A DNA stretch of 64,000 nt, taken from Halocafeteria seosinensis. Taxonomy: Eukaryota. Below the pieces are notes generated by a model. It saw only the letters and a list, made by a program, of their open reading frames with translations, was not told the origin of the DNA and searched no databases. Position 1 is the first letter of the stretch. The number at the start of each line of letters is the position of its first letter. Location: NCBI GenBank assembly GCA_001687465.1, contig LVLI01000208.1, positions 1-64,000 on the forward strand, in the 5' to 3' direction. This document shows, in pieces, positions 1 through 14,000 of this stretch. The translations under genes were made by a program, and so were the position numbers.

Positions 1-268
1 GGGTACGTACCGTAGCTGTTAATTGTTCTGGCAATTCCCTGGTCTTTCCCTCTCCTTCTGTTTCTTCTGTTCCCTCGTCTATGTTGCTGTTCAGTTGTAA
101 GTGATTCTCCTCGAGTTCCTCCCGTGTCGGCAGGAGAAATTTGATACCCACATTATCCCCCTGGGCTTGGTAAGCTTCATTCCATGAGGTGCTATCATGG
201 AAATTCACTCGGTCTTCATCTGCCGGGATGGAGGATATCTTGAGAGAATCTCCTGCGCCAGATGCCAT
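1..268 (-). CDS. Partial acidic ORF or exon running off the left edge; product unknown
   Basis: Hand translation from the ATG at 268 gives MASGAGDSLKISSIPADEDRVNF...EGTEETEGEGKTRELPEQLTAT with no stop, ending at a possible GTACGT donor near base 10. No family recognised. Confidence 0.3.
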   Translation of the reverse strand, partial: MASGAGDSLKISSIPADEDRVNFHDSTSWNEAYQAQGDNVGIKFLLPTREELEENHLQLNSNIDEGTEETEGEGKTRELPEQLTATVRT

Positions 269-1192
269 TTTGTAGTGGTCTGTATGGGTCTGAATACCAC
301 TATACAGCGCCGAATGGAAACAATACTGAGCAGTGGAAGTACTGAGCCAGCCTTGTTCCCCACAAATCTTCCTTTGTGAAGGCCAGATCTAGTTGAGAAC
401 TCTGCACACATACAGAGGTTTGGATGGTTCATTCAGTGGTAAATCGATCCAGTTGTGGATTATCCAACGGCGTAATTGAGAACGGAAAAGGAGGGCAAAA
501 AAACCTAAAAGAGTGCATTGGTTTCACCTTAACCTTCAAGTCTAAGTCAGTCTATCAGGTGAATACCCATTGGCCCATACCGTGGGGATTCTTTGCGTTG
601 ACGATTGTGGAGTGAAAGAAGAGCTATCTATACCGGTACGAGGAATAGGCCAACCGTATCTGCTACATACATGTGGTCTCGAAGCGTCAGCGACGGGAAC
701 AGTGGGGGTTTGGTAAGTTAATGCGTTTCCACCCTCACCTTGGGAAATGAAATGAGAAAGTCCACCGGCCAGGACCACCACAGCCTGTTAACCGGGTGAA
801 ATATCAAATGACACATGTAAACTCGCTGTCATGATGTGACGTACCACGAGTACAGTAGGTATGGTGCCAGTACAATCCTCGTGAGCTTCACAAGACCACA
901 ATTTTGACGGTTAGATGCCCTTCGGGGCCACAAACTGCTTCTTTACGTCGGAGACTTAATATGAATTGACCACCCCCTGTCATACTACGGGTGGATTTCC
1001 TCTCGTTTGCCTTGTTGAAGGGACGCGTCTAACCGGGGCTTGTGGTATAAAAACTTGAAACACTTTTTTTCTGTTTGCCGTGGTTGGGCGCCATTCTTGA
1101 ACAATGAGCGCGTTGGGGATCTTTCGGTGGCTGAAGTAACCCTATTTGACTGGGCTTTGACGAATTCGCCATAACACAAGGAGGGCCATAGC

Positions 1193-4100
1193 ATGTACTC
1201 GCAGCCGTCTCCGTCGACATCTGCTCATCCACGATCGCCTTGGATCTCGTCTCCTGGGGCTGACAGCACTTTCACCACCTCAGCAGGCACCCGAAGATCT
1301 AGCCACCCCTCTGAAGCCACCTGGCAATACGATTCGTCGTCGCAGTTCCATAGAAGCCATCTGGATACCCATGGACACCATACCCCAAGCCAGAGAGGCA
1401 GTTATCCGCAGGAACGCCTAAATCACCACCTGTCCCCAGCTGCAGCTAGTGAGAGTCGAGTGAGATGGAGAGACCAGATGCAGCAAACACAAAGCGAGAG
1501 GCGTTCTTCCGTAGGACACGTTTCTGCTGCGCGTAGCCATGGACCGTATGCTACTGCTCAATCGCAGTATTCTACTCCTCTTCCTCAGCGAGGTGGTTAC
1601 CAGTACGTGGACACGTCGTCTACCGGGCATAACTTTGCAGATCGACCGCTGTCGCCTAACGATGCTGCGATATTGCGGTCTATTATCTCGGATGCCTGTA
1701 GACGCAATCGCGCTCACAGCGGGGAGATAGGTCTTTTGGATGTATTACGGAGCTATGATGCCGTTCTGCGGCGCTACGGCATTGCTCCATCCGATGATGT
1801 GTTTTACCACAAATGTGTCATGAAATTAAGTTCCATGCCTCAGCAAGAATGGTGGAGCAAGCTTTCATCATTTGAACAGGTAAGTGTAATTTTTTAATGT
1901 TTTTTAGGAGTCCCGACGCATGGTTTCTTCTTTTTGTGCGTCTATGCAGGGTAATCAAAGAGAATTCGGCCACGTGCTGCAGGTTGGCCCTATCACAGAG
2001 AGCACTTACCATGGTGTTGGTGGAAAGAGTTCCTTAGTGAGCCACCCTACATACTCAACAAACGGTCCTTCCCTTGAACGTAGTGAGCTGCAAAGCACTA
2101 GAAAAGAGAGAACTTCTGCCACGATGAACAACTCTTACGGCGGTGCCAATTACCCACAGCAATCCTCTGGTGCGTTCCACAAACAGGAATCTGTCATGAA
2201 GGATAGCCGGAGTTACGGAAATACTTGGGACGGCATAATGGGTCAAGACGAACAGGACGACACATTCGAAAAGCGATTCAAAGACTTCCACTCAATGGCG
2301 GAGTCCTTTAGACGATGGATTGCGTTTACTGCAGAGAGTAAAATAGCAAGCCAAGAGGGCGCCGAGAAACTACGAAACGGTCTAGAAGAAGTGGCACGAG
2401 GGCACCATAAAAACCTGAAACGCTTTGCATTTACTAGTTGGTGTGATGGTGTTTGGGAAATCAAAGTTGAACGCCAGCAAAGCATTCAAGCAGTCGAACA
2501 TTGGGCGTTCATAACGTCACGAGCAACGTTTAACCGATGGAGGAAGTTTGTTATAAATAACCGACCCGCTCCATTGAAACATCCTGCTCAAATATATGGT
2601 GCGTTTAAGTGGATCCGAGTCACGTTGTCTGTCAACGTGCAGTGGCAGTGTGCCCTGCGGGCTCCCGTTGAAGCAGCGGAGATCTCAGACGTAAGCACAG
2701 ATGGGAGTGACTCTGAAATCTCTTTGAATGTATCGCCACGAGAAACAGTAAATAAAAACGTTGAGGCTTTGCGCCAAAATGTCCTTAATGGGATTTTGGA
2801 ACGCCAGTGCCCTGTGTTGCGAAAGGCGCCACTTCTAGTCCATGGGACTGCCATTGTTGATGCGTGGATGGTGCAACGTATTTTCTGGACATGGACACGT
2901 CATGTAGACCAGATAAAAGAGTTCAAGAACCGTCTCCTCAAGAAGAAACTGGATTCGGCGTTGCAAAGATGGGGGACACATTTTGCTACACAACAAAAAA
3001 TCAACAAACGAATGGAGGAGGTGCTTAGGCTCCATTCATACCGTGAAAAGAGAAGAGCAATACGCACCTGGTTGTGTAAGGGAGCTATTCGGGTCCAACG
3101 GCGAAACCAGAAAACTAAAGCTGATGCCTTTTATGCTGCGAAGGCACAGAAAAAATGCTTTGATGAATGGCGTCGTAGAATTGATAAAGGGAAGAAGCTC
3201 AATGATGCTAAATCAGGCTTTTCGAGGTTCGTCCAACAACGGGAACTCACCCTATGGAAGAAAAGGGCTCACCAGCGAAAAACTCTACGAGAACGTTTTG
3301 AAGAATTTTCTGCAGAACGAAGGTCCAGTGAAGCTACTGTAGTGTTTTCTCTGTGGCGAAGAATGGCTACGTGTTATAGCCTTGCTCGTGTGCATCACCA
3401 AAGGAAAACTTTGGTCCGTGTCATTCGAGTATGGAAGCCATATGCGGAGGAGTTGCGCAATGATAGAATTTTGAGTAGTAAAGCGGATGAATATTTTTAC
3501 TGCAAGTTAAATAGGAAAGCATTTAGTGTATGGAAGAGGAACGTACAGCAATGTAAAGCAATAGAGCGGTTCAAAGAGCAACAGGACTGGCGCCTATTGA
3601 AGATGTGTTTCTCAGGGTTCGTATCTTCTATTGACGGCATGCGTGATCAAGATCAAAGGCTGGTTGAAGGCTTTAATGTTACTTTACGATCAGCCTATTT
3701 TCATGAATGGAAGAAGGTTAAGAGAGCTGTGCAACACTCGAAGCATGTCATTAGTTCACAAAACAACAATGCCCAAAGAGTTGCTTTCGCATCTTGGAAA
3801 CAAAGAATAAATGAAAATACCGCTGTTCGCAGAAAAAAGAGAGAACTGGAATCAAGAGTCGAAAATCGCCGTAGATACCGCTGCGTTGTTAGGTGGACAA
3901 ATTTTGTTCGTGACAGGCGCAAGATTGGTCGTCTAATTAGCCATTGGGTACATTTGAAGGAAGGCAATGTCTTAAGAAGATGGCAAGAATGGATCCATCG
4001 CCGGAGGGTGAACCAAGAGATGCTTTCGACAGCTACCAAACGTATTCGAAATATTTCCGAGTGGCACGCGTTGAACAGATGGATAGAAGTGACACGTACA

Positions 4101-7100
4101 AGGAAGCATAACAGGTATACCACTCAAAAAGTTGCAAGAGTGTTTCGGTATAGCGCGCTTCATCGTGCTGTACGAACATGGAGTATAGCTGTCCGAAAGT
4201 TCCGGGAAGACCGAGAACGTGTAGATAGAATCAACTTCCACAAGAAACTCCACGTTTTGAAGCAATGGGAGCGATGGATCAATGCTATCCACGCCACTCG
4301 TTCTACCTGCAGAGTGGTACTTGGTAGAATGCGGAATGGCACGCTATCGAGGTGCTTTCAGAAGTGGAGAGAATATATCCTGCAGAAAAGAAACTTTGAA
4401 AGGTTGGCCTCTGAGTCGACCAAAACGTTGGAAAGAGAGAGGGTCTACAGGTTCCTTACTAAATGGCAGTCATTGGCCAGCAAGACATCCAAACAGAGGA
4501 AGGTGATGATGCGCATCGCCCACCATTTCTTGGATTCGAAAACATTTATGGCGATCAGAAGATGGAAAGAAACCACTGAGAAGAGAAGAAAATATCGCAA
4601 GATTGTTTCGAGTGTTGTTAACCGTCTTGCCAACGTTAAACAGTCATTTGCCTTGAAATCATGGATCCACTGGAGTCGTCGTCGGACACGTGCGCGGAAA
4701 ACCATTCAGCTGGTTGTCACGCATTTCCAGCATTTTGAAATGAATAAAGCGTGGTCGAGTTGGCTGGAGTATCGCGATAGGAGGAAAAGCTGGAAAGCCC
4801 ACGTTCATGCCCAAACGGTGTTGCTGAACTCTTGGAGGGTCCAGCATGTTGTTACCAAGTGGTCTGCGGTAGTTCGCAGCAAGAAGCGTGCTTTTAGAAT
4901 ACTCGCCACGGCCTGCACCGGAATTGACTCGTGCAGGCAAACTCATTATTTTACGCTGTGGGCAGAAGTGGTGCGCAAGAAGCGAGAAAAGGAAGATACT
5001 ATCAGCAACAGCTATGAAATTTTCGCGACTCGGATGGTTCAACGTGCTGTATATTGGTGGCACGACTATACCGAAAGAAAACAAGAGTGGAAGATCATGG
5101 AATCTAATCTTATCGATGAATGGCGAAAATATCGAGCATTAGATTTGGTGCAGAGATGGAGACGCTGGAATGATACTCGTAATATTAAGAGATCCTTGCT
5201 TAACAAAGCGTGCAAATGCTTCTATTACAGCGGCTTGATTAAGGCAACCAGACAATGGCGTCAGTGGTATGCTACTCGGGCTAGTAATAGGAACTTGCTC
5301 AACCGCGCTCTTACTGTGTGGACCCATAAACGACAGTCCGCAGCCCTCTCCCGATGGATTGATTGGGAGTCGCAAAGAGTCGGCAAGCGCGAACATATTC
5401 GCCACTGTGTAAGCCAGTTCCAAGGTTCGCGGTTGACAAAGGCGTTACGCACATGGCGAAGCAATGCCTCAGCGCGCAAGAGCGCGCGGGACCTCTTGCG
5501 GCGCACCGTACGGCGATGGCAGCACGGGAAGTTGTTCTCGGTTCTGACACAATGGGAATCATTTGTCAGTGCCAGAAAGCGCCAACAAAGTATTCTCAAC
5601 TCAGTTATTGGAAAAATGCAGCGAGTTCTTCTTTGGAGTGCGTGGAATGGTTGGATAGGCTACCTTGAGAAGAAGCGTGACTCAAAAGTTATATTGTTGA
5701 GTGCCAGTCAGAAAGTGATACATTGGCGTTCTTGGCGTGCTCTTTCGGCATGGATGGAATGGACCAACCAGAGGAGGAGAAACAAACAGCTCTTGCGAGT
5801 TGGCGCTACCAGGTTTCGCCACAAACATGCAGCGTCTGCTGTCCGCACTTGGACAGCTGTCACTCGTCGTAGAATCCGAGGAAGAGAACAAGCTAGTTTG
5901 GCAATACGACGGCTAACGAACATGCAAGTAGGCAAGGGTCTTCGTAGGTGGATGTATTTTACGAAGAAGCGTCAAGAAAATCGACACTTGCTAGATCATG
6001 CTGTGAGATTTTGGAATGCTACCGCTGTCGCAAGTTGCTTCGTAGCATGGAAGGACAACGTAGACGAAGCGGTCTGGGAACGCAAAGCTTTAACTGCTGC
6101 TCAGAGACTTGACGAGTACAACACCTTCCGGTTTGCGCTCGATTCGTGGAAGAAATTCTATCAAAACGCTGTCGCCTCTCGATGGGTATCACAGAAACAT
6201 ATGATAAGGATGAAAAGCAGGTCGTTTTACCTGTGGCAATCTAGGACTGCAATGCTGGCCGAACGGAGGCATCGAGTGCGAGTCTTTCTTAACAAGTTGG
6301 ATCATGTTGTGCTTGCATTAAAAAAGCAGAACCTGTTTGACGTTATCAAACGATTCTATATTTCCCGCAAGAGAAATTCGGTAAAGGCGGAGGCAATTCG
6401 TGGGATCAAGAAAGAAATGACTCAACGGAACGCGCTTGGTTTGTGGCGAAAATTGACCCTATCGAGGAGATGGGGGGATAGGCGGGAAAAACGGAAGGTA
6501 TTTCGGCTTTGGAAGCAAATGACGCGACTCTGGAAAGAGCAACGTAATGATTTGACTGATTTTAATAATCGAATGGAGGTTGTTGCATCTAGACGCTCTG
6601 TCGGGAGCAGAGTGGTCCAACAAGAACTCACTCACTCTGTGACAAGATGGTTAAATGTCACCCTGTTTTCCGCGTGGAACCAGTGGAAAGCCTTCGCTAT
6701 AGACCAGTATAAGAGCCGCACACTCAACGAACGTGCAATTAGACATGCAACGTTTCATATTTTGTCAAAACATTTGCAACACTGGGCAGAAGCAGCGAAA
6801 TACTGTAGAGATGCCAGGCTTGCGGAACAACACTTCGATAGTGTTTTGCTGTATAAGAGCATGGCTTCTTGGTATGTATTCACATCTCGAAAACGGGAAC
6901 AGAAACAATACTATACCGCATTGCTGAACACAGCGGATTCCCAGTACATGTTTTGGCTAGGATCTAAAGCCTTCCGAGGATGGGCAATTTGGGCAGGCCA
7001 CCGAACGCTCCTGCGTCGACGTTTAGAAGTATTTATTGGTCGCTCACAGCAACGGAAGGCTACTACCGCGTTTGACTCATGGAAGAAGTTTATACGGTTT

Positions 7101-10100
7101 CAGAGGCTCAACTACCAGCTGCTGGAGAATCTCGGTGAACGCGCACAAGCTGAACGTGTAAGAATATTGTTTGGGAGGTGGAAAACGTTTGCCAGGATCA
7201 TAAATGCCAACCGACGAACCGCCCATCTACGTGCACTCCAAAAGTCTCGGGAACTTTGTGAGAGTGCTTTCTACACGTGGGTCGACCACGTGAATATCAT
7301 CAGAAACACCAAAAAAGCATATGCATGTATACAAAATATGTATGTCAAGGATCTACAGCGCCGTGGTCTCCAGATCTTGTGGAATCGGAGAGTTTATAGG
7401 CTACAATGGAAGCAGAAATTCAACGAAGCAACTAGTAGACTAGGTTCATTTTATAAAGACCGATATCTCTGTTTATGGATTTATATTACGAACGAGAGAC
7501 AACATCTCAGAAGGATTGAGGACAAAGTTGCAACTTCAGTCGTTCGCAGACGGAAGCTTCGCGGATTTCTGGCGTTCCAACAGCGGAAAGTAGAGTCCAG
7601 GACTTGGAGATCTCGGTGTCGCGTAGCCGAATCCCAAGGTATGCTGATCCGCAAAAAGGTAGCACTCCATCGCTGGATGCGCCATTACCAAGAAAAGAGA
7701 TCCCTCATGCGCATATACCAAAAGACCGTCCTGATTCATCGACAAAGGATCCTCAATACGTGCTTTGAAACTTGGAATGCAGTTGTCATCGCATGGAAGG
7801 AATCTTTCGAGCGACAAAAGAAGGCGGACAACTTTTATCTCGCTCATCGCGTATCTCCTGCAATACAGCAATGGAAACACCGAATGCAAGAAAGCCAAAC
7901 GCTTCGTAAAAGAGAAGTCAGAGCTGTGTCAACAATAATGGCTAAACGTAGAAGGCGGGCGATTTCAATATGGTTCCACTTCTGCCGCCGACGTCAGAGG
8001 TTTGCAAAACAACTGAAGAAGGCGTCCGATCACTTCAAGGGGAGAGCCGCATTGCGCGGTATACGTCGCATGCAGGATGCGACGATGATGGCACAATGGA
8101 AACGGAAAGCAACATCCATGGCGAGGAACCACCATCGTCTCTGGATTATGTCAAAAGGTGTTAGGGGTCTAGCGGAGTATGTCGCTCGGGCTCAAGACGA
8201 GCGAGAAGCTTCGCATTACCAACTAGCGGTGGAACACCACGAGTTCTCCCTCTTGGGAAAGACCTTTCTTAACTGGAACTCTTATTCTTCCAAACGAAGT
8301 GCTTTAAGGCTGCGGCGAAATTATTTCGAGAGCTATTTGCGCGACCAGGCGCTATATAAGTGTACTACATGCTGGAAGGCCTATACTGATGCAGCTAAAT
8401 GGTACAAGCAGAACCAGCACAGAGCTCTCGAACATATGAAGCGCAAGAAGTTGCTGCCGTTAATGAGAAAATGGAATGAGATTGCAGCTTTTCGAAGTCG
8501 AGTTCGCTTGGCGGGGAGTTCGATGAAAGAGCGGTTGACATCCTTGCGATCTCGCTACGCTGTATTTCGGTGGTACTTGTACACGCAGACTCGGAAGAGG
8601 AAGACCCAGTTGCTCGAGCAAGCCAGAAAGCACTATAGATACAGGATATGTCGCTCAGTCCTTATGGGGCTTCAAAAGCAGACCAAAACCTTAGCACATA
8701 TACGGAGAGGCTATTCGACCCTTTCCCGGCGCCACTCATTGAGAAGCCTCCAGAGTGCAATCAACGTTTGGAGGACAATTGCGCGGAACTTCCGTTATCA
8801 GCGGTTACTCAGTAGTGTTGCCTCGGAACACTATCAGATAAATCTTGTTACACAAAGTTTCCATTCGTGGAATAGAGTGGTAAAATCCATCCGTCAAAAG
8901 CGAGCTGACAACACTAAGGGCGTTATGCACTATCGCCATGTGCTGTTGTCAAAATTGTTTGCAGCGTGGTCTCACTTCTATTACGAATCTGCTCATAACA
9001 GAAGGATGTTTTTGCAAGCTCGGGCACAAGTGCTCAAGGGTATTTTGGGGAGACATATTTTTCACTGGAAAACGTATGTAGAGGAGCTAAAGCAATACAG
9101 AGAGGCTGTTCACGTGAAACAGCAAAAGCGCTTGAGACTCGAGAGAAAAATCGCTATACGAAGACAACAAACTCTTTCTACTGCATTGTCAACATGGAGA
9201 GAAAATGCTGGAATTAGTAGGCAGCTAAAAAAGCATGCAAGCGTTTTGAATGTGCATATCCCTATGCGGAATGTGATGCACATCTGGAAGCATTTTGCGG
9301 GAGTGCGGAGACAAATGAAGGATAAGTTGGAGGTGATGGCTATTGTGAGTCGACATTTTCAACTAGATAGAGCCCTCAGGCTGTGGAAGCAAGACGCTTC
9401 CACCGTAAAACACCTGAAGAATATCCTATGGAGAGTCCAGCAGGAATCGAATGTGTGGCAGCTACGACGAGCAGTCAGACTGTGGAATTGTTTTTCTACT
9501 AAAGCAGCTGATATCCGGTCGGTTGAATCCGTTCTGTCCCACAAACTTGCCGACAGCAGGAAGAGGAAGAGTATCAATCGATGGTACAAAATTGCGATGG
9601 AGAAGGCTAGGATCCGGTTCGCGGAAAGCTGCATTGCTCGGACTAGACAACACAATGTTGTGCGTCATTGGAAGAAGAGAATGCACGAATTAAGGTTGGA
9701 AAGACTGAACAAGTTACGACAGGACAGCGCTATGATACAATGCCTTGGTGTGTGGTACGAGCACGCAATGAAGAGTCGACGCTGCCGCTATAATTTGGAA
9801 TATTTGCGTTCGGAGCAGTCATTTCAAAAGCGACGCCGTATATTTTATGTATGGCACAGGGAGCACATTGTTGCCTCACATTACCGATTATATTTGAAGC
9901 GATCGTTGTTCCGGAAATGGAAGCAAGGTGTTTCCCGTTTAGTGACCTCCCAGGAAAAGCAACTCTGGCAATTTGGTCAAAGAAGACGCAGTAGAGAATC
10001 TCGGCAGATTTTGAGGCGGTGGTTATACATCACTAAGAGAAGCGCTAGTGGTAGAGTGGCGACTTCCCGGGTGTTGCAACACGTTGCTTATAAGGAGAAA

Positions 10101-10778
10101 GTGCGTATGCTTCGGAACGGCTTTTCGTCTCTGCGCCACTATGCTTCTGACAAGAAAGAGAACCGTCGGGCCGTACAAGAAGCTAAAAACCACATCCTAC
10201 TGCGAAAACACCTCAGGAGATGGAAGAAAACTTCCAGTGCATCTGCCGCTGGAAAGATAGCAAACCAACGTGGGGCAATGTTTTTCCGGCAATGGCTACT
10301 GAGGAGCGCATTCTCAGCGTGGTGTAGTGCTTGCGGTCCCCGGAAGATACGAGCTGGAAGCCGTAAGCCGATTATGGGGGCCCGCTCCCCTATTGGCCAT
10401 AGAACAAGGACTGGAGGTAGAAGTGGCCTTGAGTCTGGTCGTTCGAGTAAGCCGCGAAGTCAAGGCCAAATGTTCTTACCTGCGGATGTGTATGGCGACT
10501 GGGACCCTAATGAATCGATCGCCCAGCTCTCCCAGCAAGCTGCCTCCCTTCCGACCGGAGATTCNTTCTTAGACGACGAAATCCGTGGCGGGGAAGGGAT
10601 GTTTAGCTACGATAGCAGTCTTGCCAGTGCTCTTGGTGTCCACAGCACTAATCCTTCGCCCATCACAAGAACTGCAGATAGCTTGTCTCATCCATCTCCT
10701 GGAAGATGGAAGGGAGAAGCTCAAGCTAGCAATGTGGATTCTTTTTCGAACGCAATTTATGATAGTTTATTAGAATAA
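1193..10778 (+). CDS. SFI1: Giant Sfi1-like centrin-binding repeat protein, ~3171 aa; exons 1193-1879 and 1950-10778
   Basis: A phase-0 intron at 1880-1949 (CAG|GTAAGT...TGCAG|) joins the two ORFs. The motif LDVLRSYDAVLRRYGIAPSDDVFYHKCVMKL resembles the N-terminal block of fungal Sfi1. The body is a long basic helical run of (F/L)xxW repeats (AFSVWK, AFASWK, CFQKWR), the Sfi1 repeat signature. Confidence 0.8.
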
Positions 10779-11007
10779 CTTTAAAGTAGTTAAAGTATAA
10801 TAGAACAACTTTACAATACCTCTGTTGCAACCAACTGTGTCGGTATTATATTCTCATTTCCATTTGTGTCTTTTTCTCCGTAGGGAGCTAGTCTGGGCAT
10901 ACTCTCGCGCAGTGTCAGTTCTAAGTGTGACATGCTGTGATATATCCAGGATCTGACACATGTGCACCTCCTAAGAAAGTCGAACAACACGTTTCCAGAC
11001 GCTGGAT

Positions 11008-14000
11008 TCATGCCGCTCGGCGCTTTTTTGACGACAGGGATCCACGGTTGTCTTGATGCTGCTCGATGCGGCGCTTTTTCGAATGAGATTTCATTTCGTT
11101 TTTCCTGCGTTTGTAGACTGCTGCTTGCTTTGGATCAGTTACCTTCAGTTGCGCAACGTGTTTCTTCCAACTCCCTCTATGCTCTTCATGGACCTTCTTG
11201 AAATGCTTAAACTTGTTGAAGAATTCGGTTCCAATCTGCGAATTAAGGTGCTCCATCAATGTACTCCCTGTATTCTTTGCTTCTTCGATGTATTTTTTGT
11301 TCGAAGGAGTGCTTTCAATGGTTGCCGTTACTCGATACGTAACGCGAGCCAATGGTTTGACGTAGCGCCTGAGGTCTTCCTGTGAAATGCTGGATACGAT
11401 TCCGTTCAACAGAGACATGACATGCTTTGTCCGAATTCCTGGTTTGTTGATTGCAATGTTCGAAATACGCTGCATTATCCAGTACATAGGATCCAGGTGC
11501 ACCTTTCCGGCAAGAGGGTAAACGTCGGGGTCCAGCTGATCGTCTTCGGCACTCTCTTCCATCTTCATCGGAGCCCTGAATACTCGAGGTGTTAACTGAA
11601 AAGCAGTAAGCGCGCAAAAGTATAGGACATTAGCGGCCAAGCTGTACAGTTGCTCATTGGGAGCTACAAGAAATTGACTACACAGGTGCTTGCACATCTC
11701 GAACAGCTCGTTTCTCTTGCCCAACCATCCACTACCGTTGAAGACCTGATCGTGCAGCGATGCAACCACTGTAGAGTTGATCGTGTGCAAATCATCAAAC
11801 GTAACCTTCTTTGCACTTTCCCTTGATCGGACAAGTTCCTCAGCCTTAGCATTGACTGCCTCCACAACCTTCTTCAAACGGTTTCTAAAGTCGTTTCCGG
11901 TTATATATCCAAAGTATTTTTCGTATACCCTTAAGGCTGCTTTCCTCACCCAAATATGAGGAAACTGAAAGAGCTTCCAAGCATAGGATATCGGGCTGGT
12001 TCCGCTTTCCTTCATTTGCAACATAGATGGCTGAAAGCTTTGCAAGGCTTTCTCTATGAATACCAGTGCGTAATAAACTGCTTCCCAACGGAGACGTTCG
12101 GATAGTTCGTGGGCCATCCTATCTCTGGATCTCTGCTGATTCGCCTTAGCCTGCGTTTCTTCTCCATTGGTAGTGTGTGCTTCTACATCCTCGGTACCAC
12201 CTGCAGTACCCTCCCGCAGAGAGTGTCCTGCAGGTTCACCAGTTTCGTTGTCATCATCGTCTACACTCCCCACCTCATTAATCGCAGTATTTGAATCCAA
12301 GAGCTCGCGGAAATGCTGTTTAGTCTCTTTTTCTTCAGAATTTATATCTCCTTCGTCAGCATTACCGAAATCTACAGTTTCTTCCACGTCCTCGCCCTCC
12401 TCTTCATCCAGTTTCCCACTAAAGTTGTGCAACTCACTGGCCAACAGCTCCTCCATGTTGCTGAGTGACTCCAGTGATGAGGTTAGCTCCTTATGAACAT
12501 TTTGCAGTAATCGCTCCATGGTGGTCCGTGACTTATCAACGATCACATTTTTTCGGGCCTCGAGGATAAGGCCAGCAGCTTGAAACGCTGGAATCCGATG
12601 GGACGTTGGTTCTCCTTCAGAGCACCAGCTACAAACCATATCTACTAGCAGTTTAGCAATCTTAGGATCTGTTTGCTGCACCAGTAGCTGTATACAGGCA
12701 GCGATAGCAGCCCTGCATTTGGAACTGGGATCCTTCCCTAACCGATCTATAAAGCTAATGAACATGTATTGAGCTAGTTCATTCGTCACTTCCTTCGGGA
12801 ACTTGCTAATGATTGCATACAGCATATCAATTACCGCCAAACGCCCATCTTCTCGAGAGAACCCCAGATTTTTTAGGAAGAAACCGATGTAACCTTGCCT
12901 TTCTTTGCTCCCCTGGAGCTTCTCTTTGCTTAGAGGATAATTCATCAAAAATCTTAAAAAGAGCTGTGCGGCCTGCTGCCTTGCATTGGACCGAGCCGAC
13001 AGAATCATTTTTCGAGCAACCTGGTCCATAACGTCGTACACTTCGGCCATCTGAATCCGGCGATTGATAATCGCCCGAAGTAGAGCGAACGTGCTGTTCT
13101 GCCGTTGCAATACGTCCAAGTCATCCTTTATGAGTGAAATCAGTGCTCTAACATGCTCATTTGATAACTTGGCTTCTGGAAGGTTCTGTATCATCGACGT
13201 GACACAGCGAAGCGTGGAGGTTGCTAATTCATTTCTAGCACTACTCGAACCCTTGCCGCCACCAAGAGATTTGCTGACATGTGTAAGAACGGCCTGGGAC
13301 ACGGTTCGCGGATTTTCCTTCACTGCTGGAACCTTCGCAACCATTAACATGCCCAAGCAACGCATAGCCATGGACAGAGCTCGGCTATGACGAGAGCTCT
13401 GTAGTACCTTCACGAAGATAACAACGCAGGGATTGAGCATCTGTTGATGAGCCGGGTCTGTAGGATCCACTTTTTTGCGCTTCAGAATTTTGTTAAAGAG
13501 AGACAAACCAAATTCAATAAGTTCATTGGCTCCTAATTTTTCGGACGATTGAGAAACCCGTCCAGTCTTGACAGCATACTTTCCTGTGAGCTTTGGCTCT
13601 GGAAGAACGCGATGGCTTTCTTCAGGTAAAACCTGGGCACGATGACTCTTCGTGCTTCCATCTTCCAGTGTCTGGTATGGATTGCGGACATTCCAAGTGC
13701 GAATAACTCTCCCAAATGCTTTTACTCTCTGTTCCCGAGCTGCCTCAGCTTTCAAATGAGATTTTTTCTTCCACTCTTGCAAGGTATCCCTTGCTCCTGA
13801 GCCCCAATCGTCATCGCCTATTTTGTTGGCATTGAACTCTTGCTCTGCTTTCTCACTAGTCTTTTTTCTTAGCTCCTCTCTGTACTTTTGTTCTTCTAGA
13901 TCTTCCAGAGATTGTTCCGTAGCCACTCCGGCCTGCATGATGTTATCGCGCAATATGCAATAGACATAGGCTGTAATGGCCGGACCAGTTGCAGACGGGT

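Noticed and set aside
10563..10565. Ambiguous base N in the Sfi1 CDS
   Set aside because: The codon is TCN, which is Ser regardless, so there is no recoding or frameshift.
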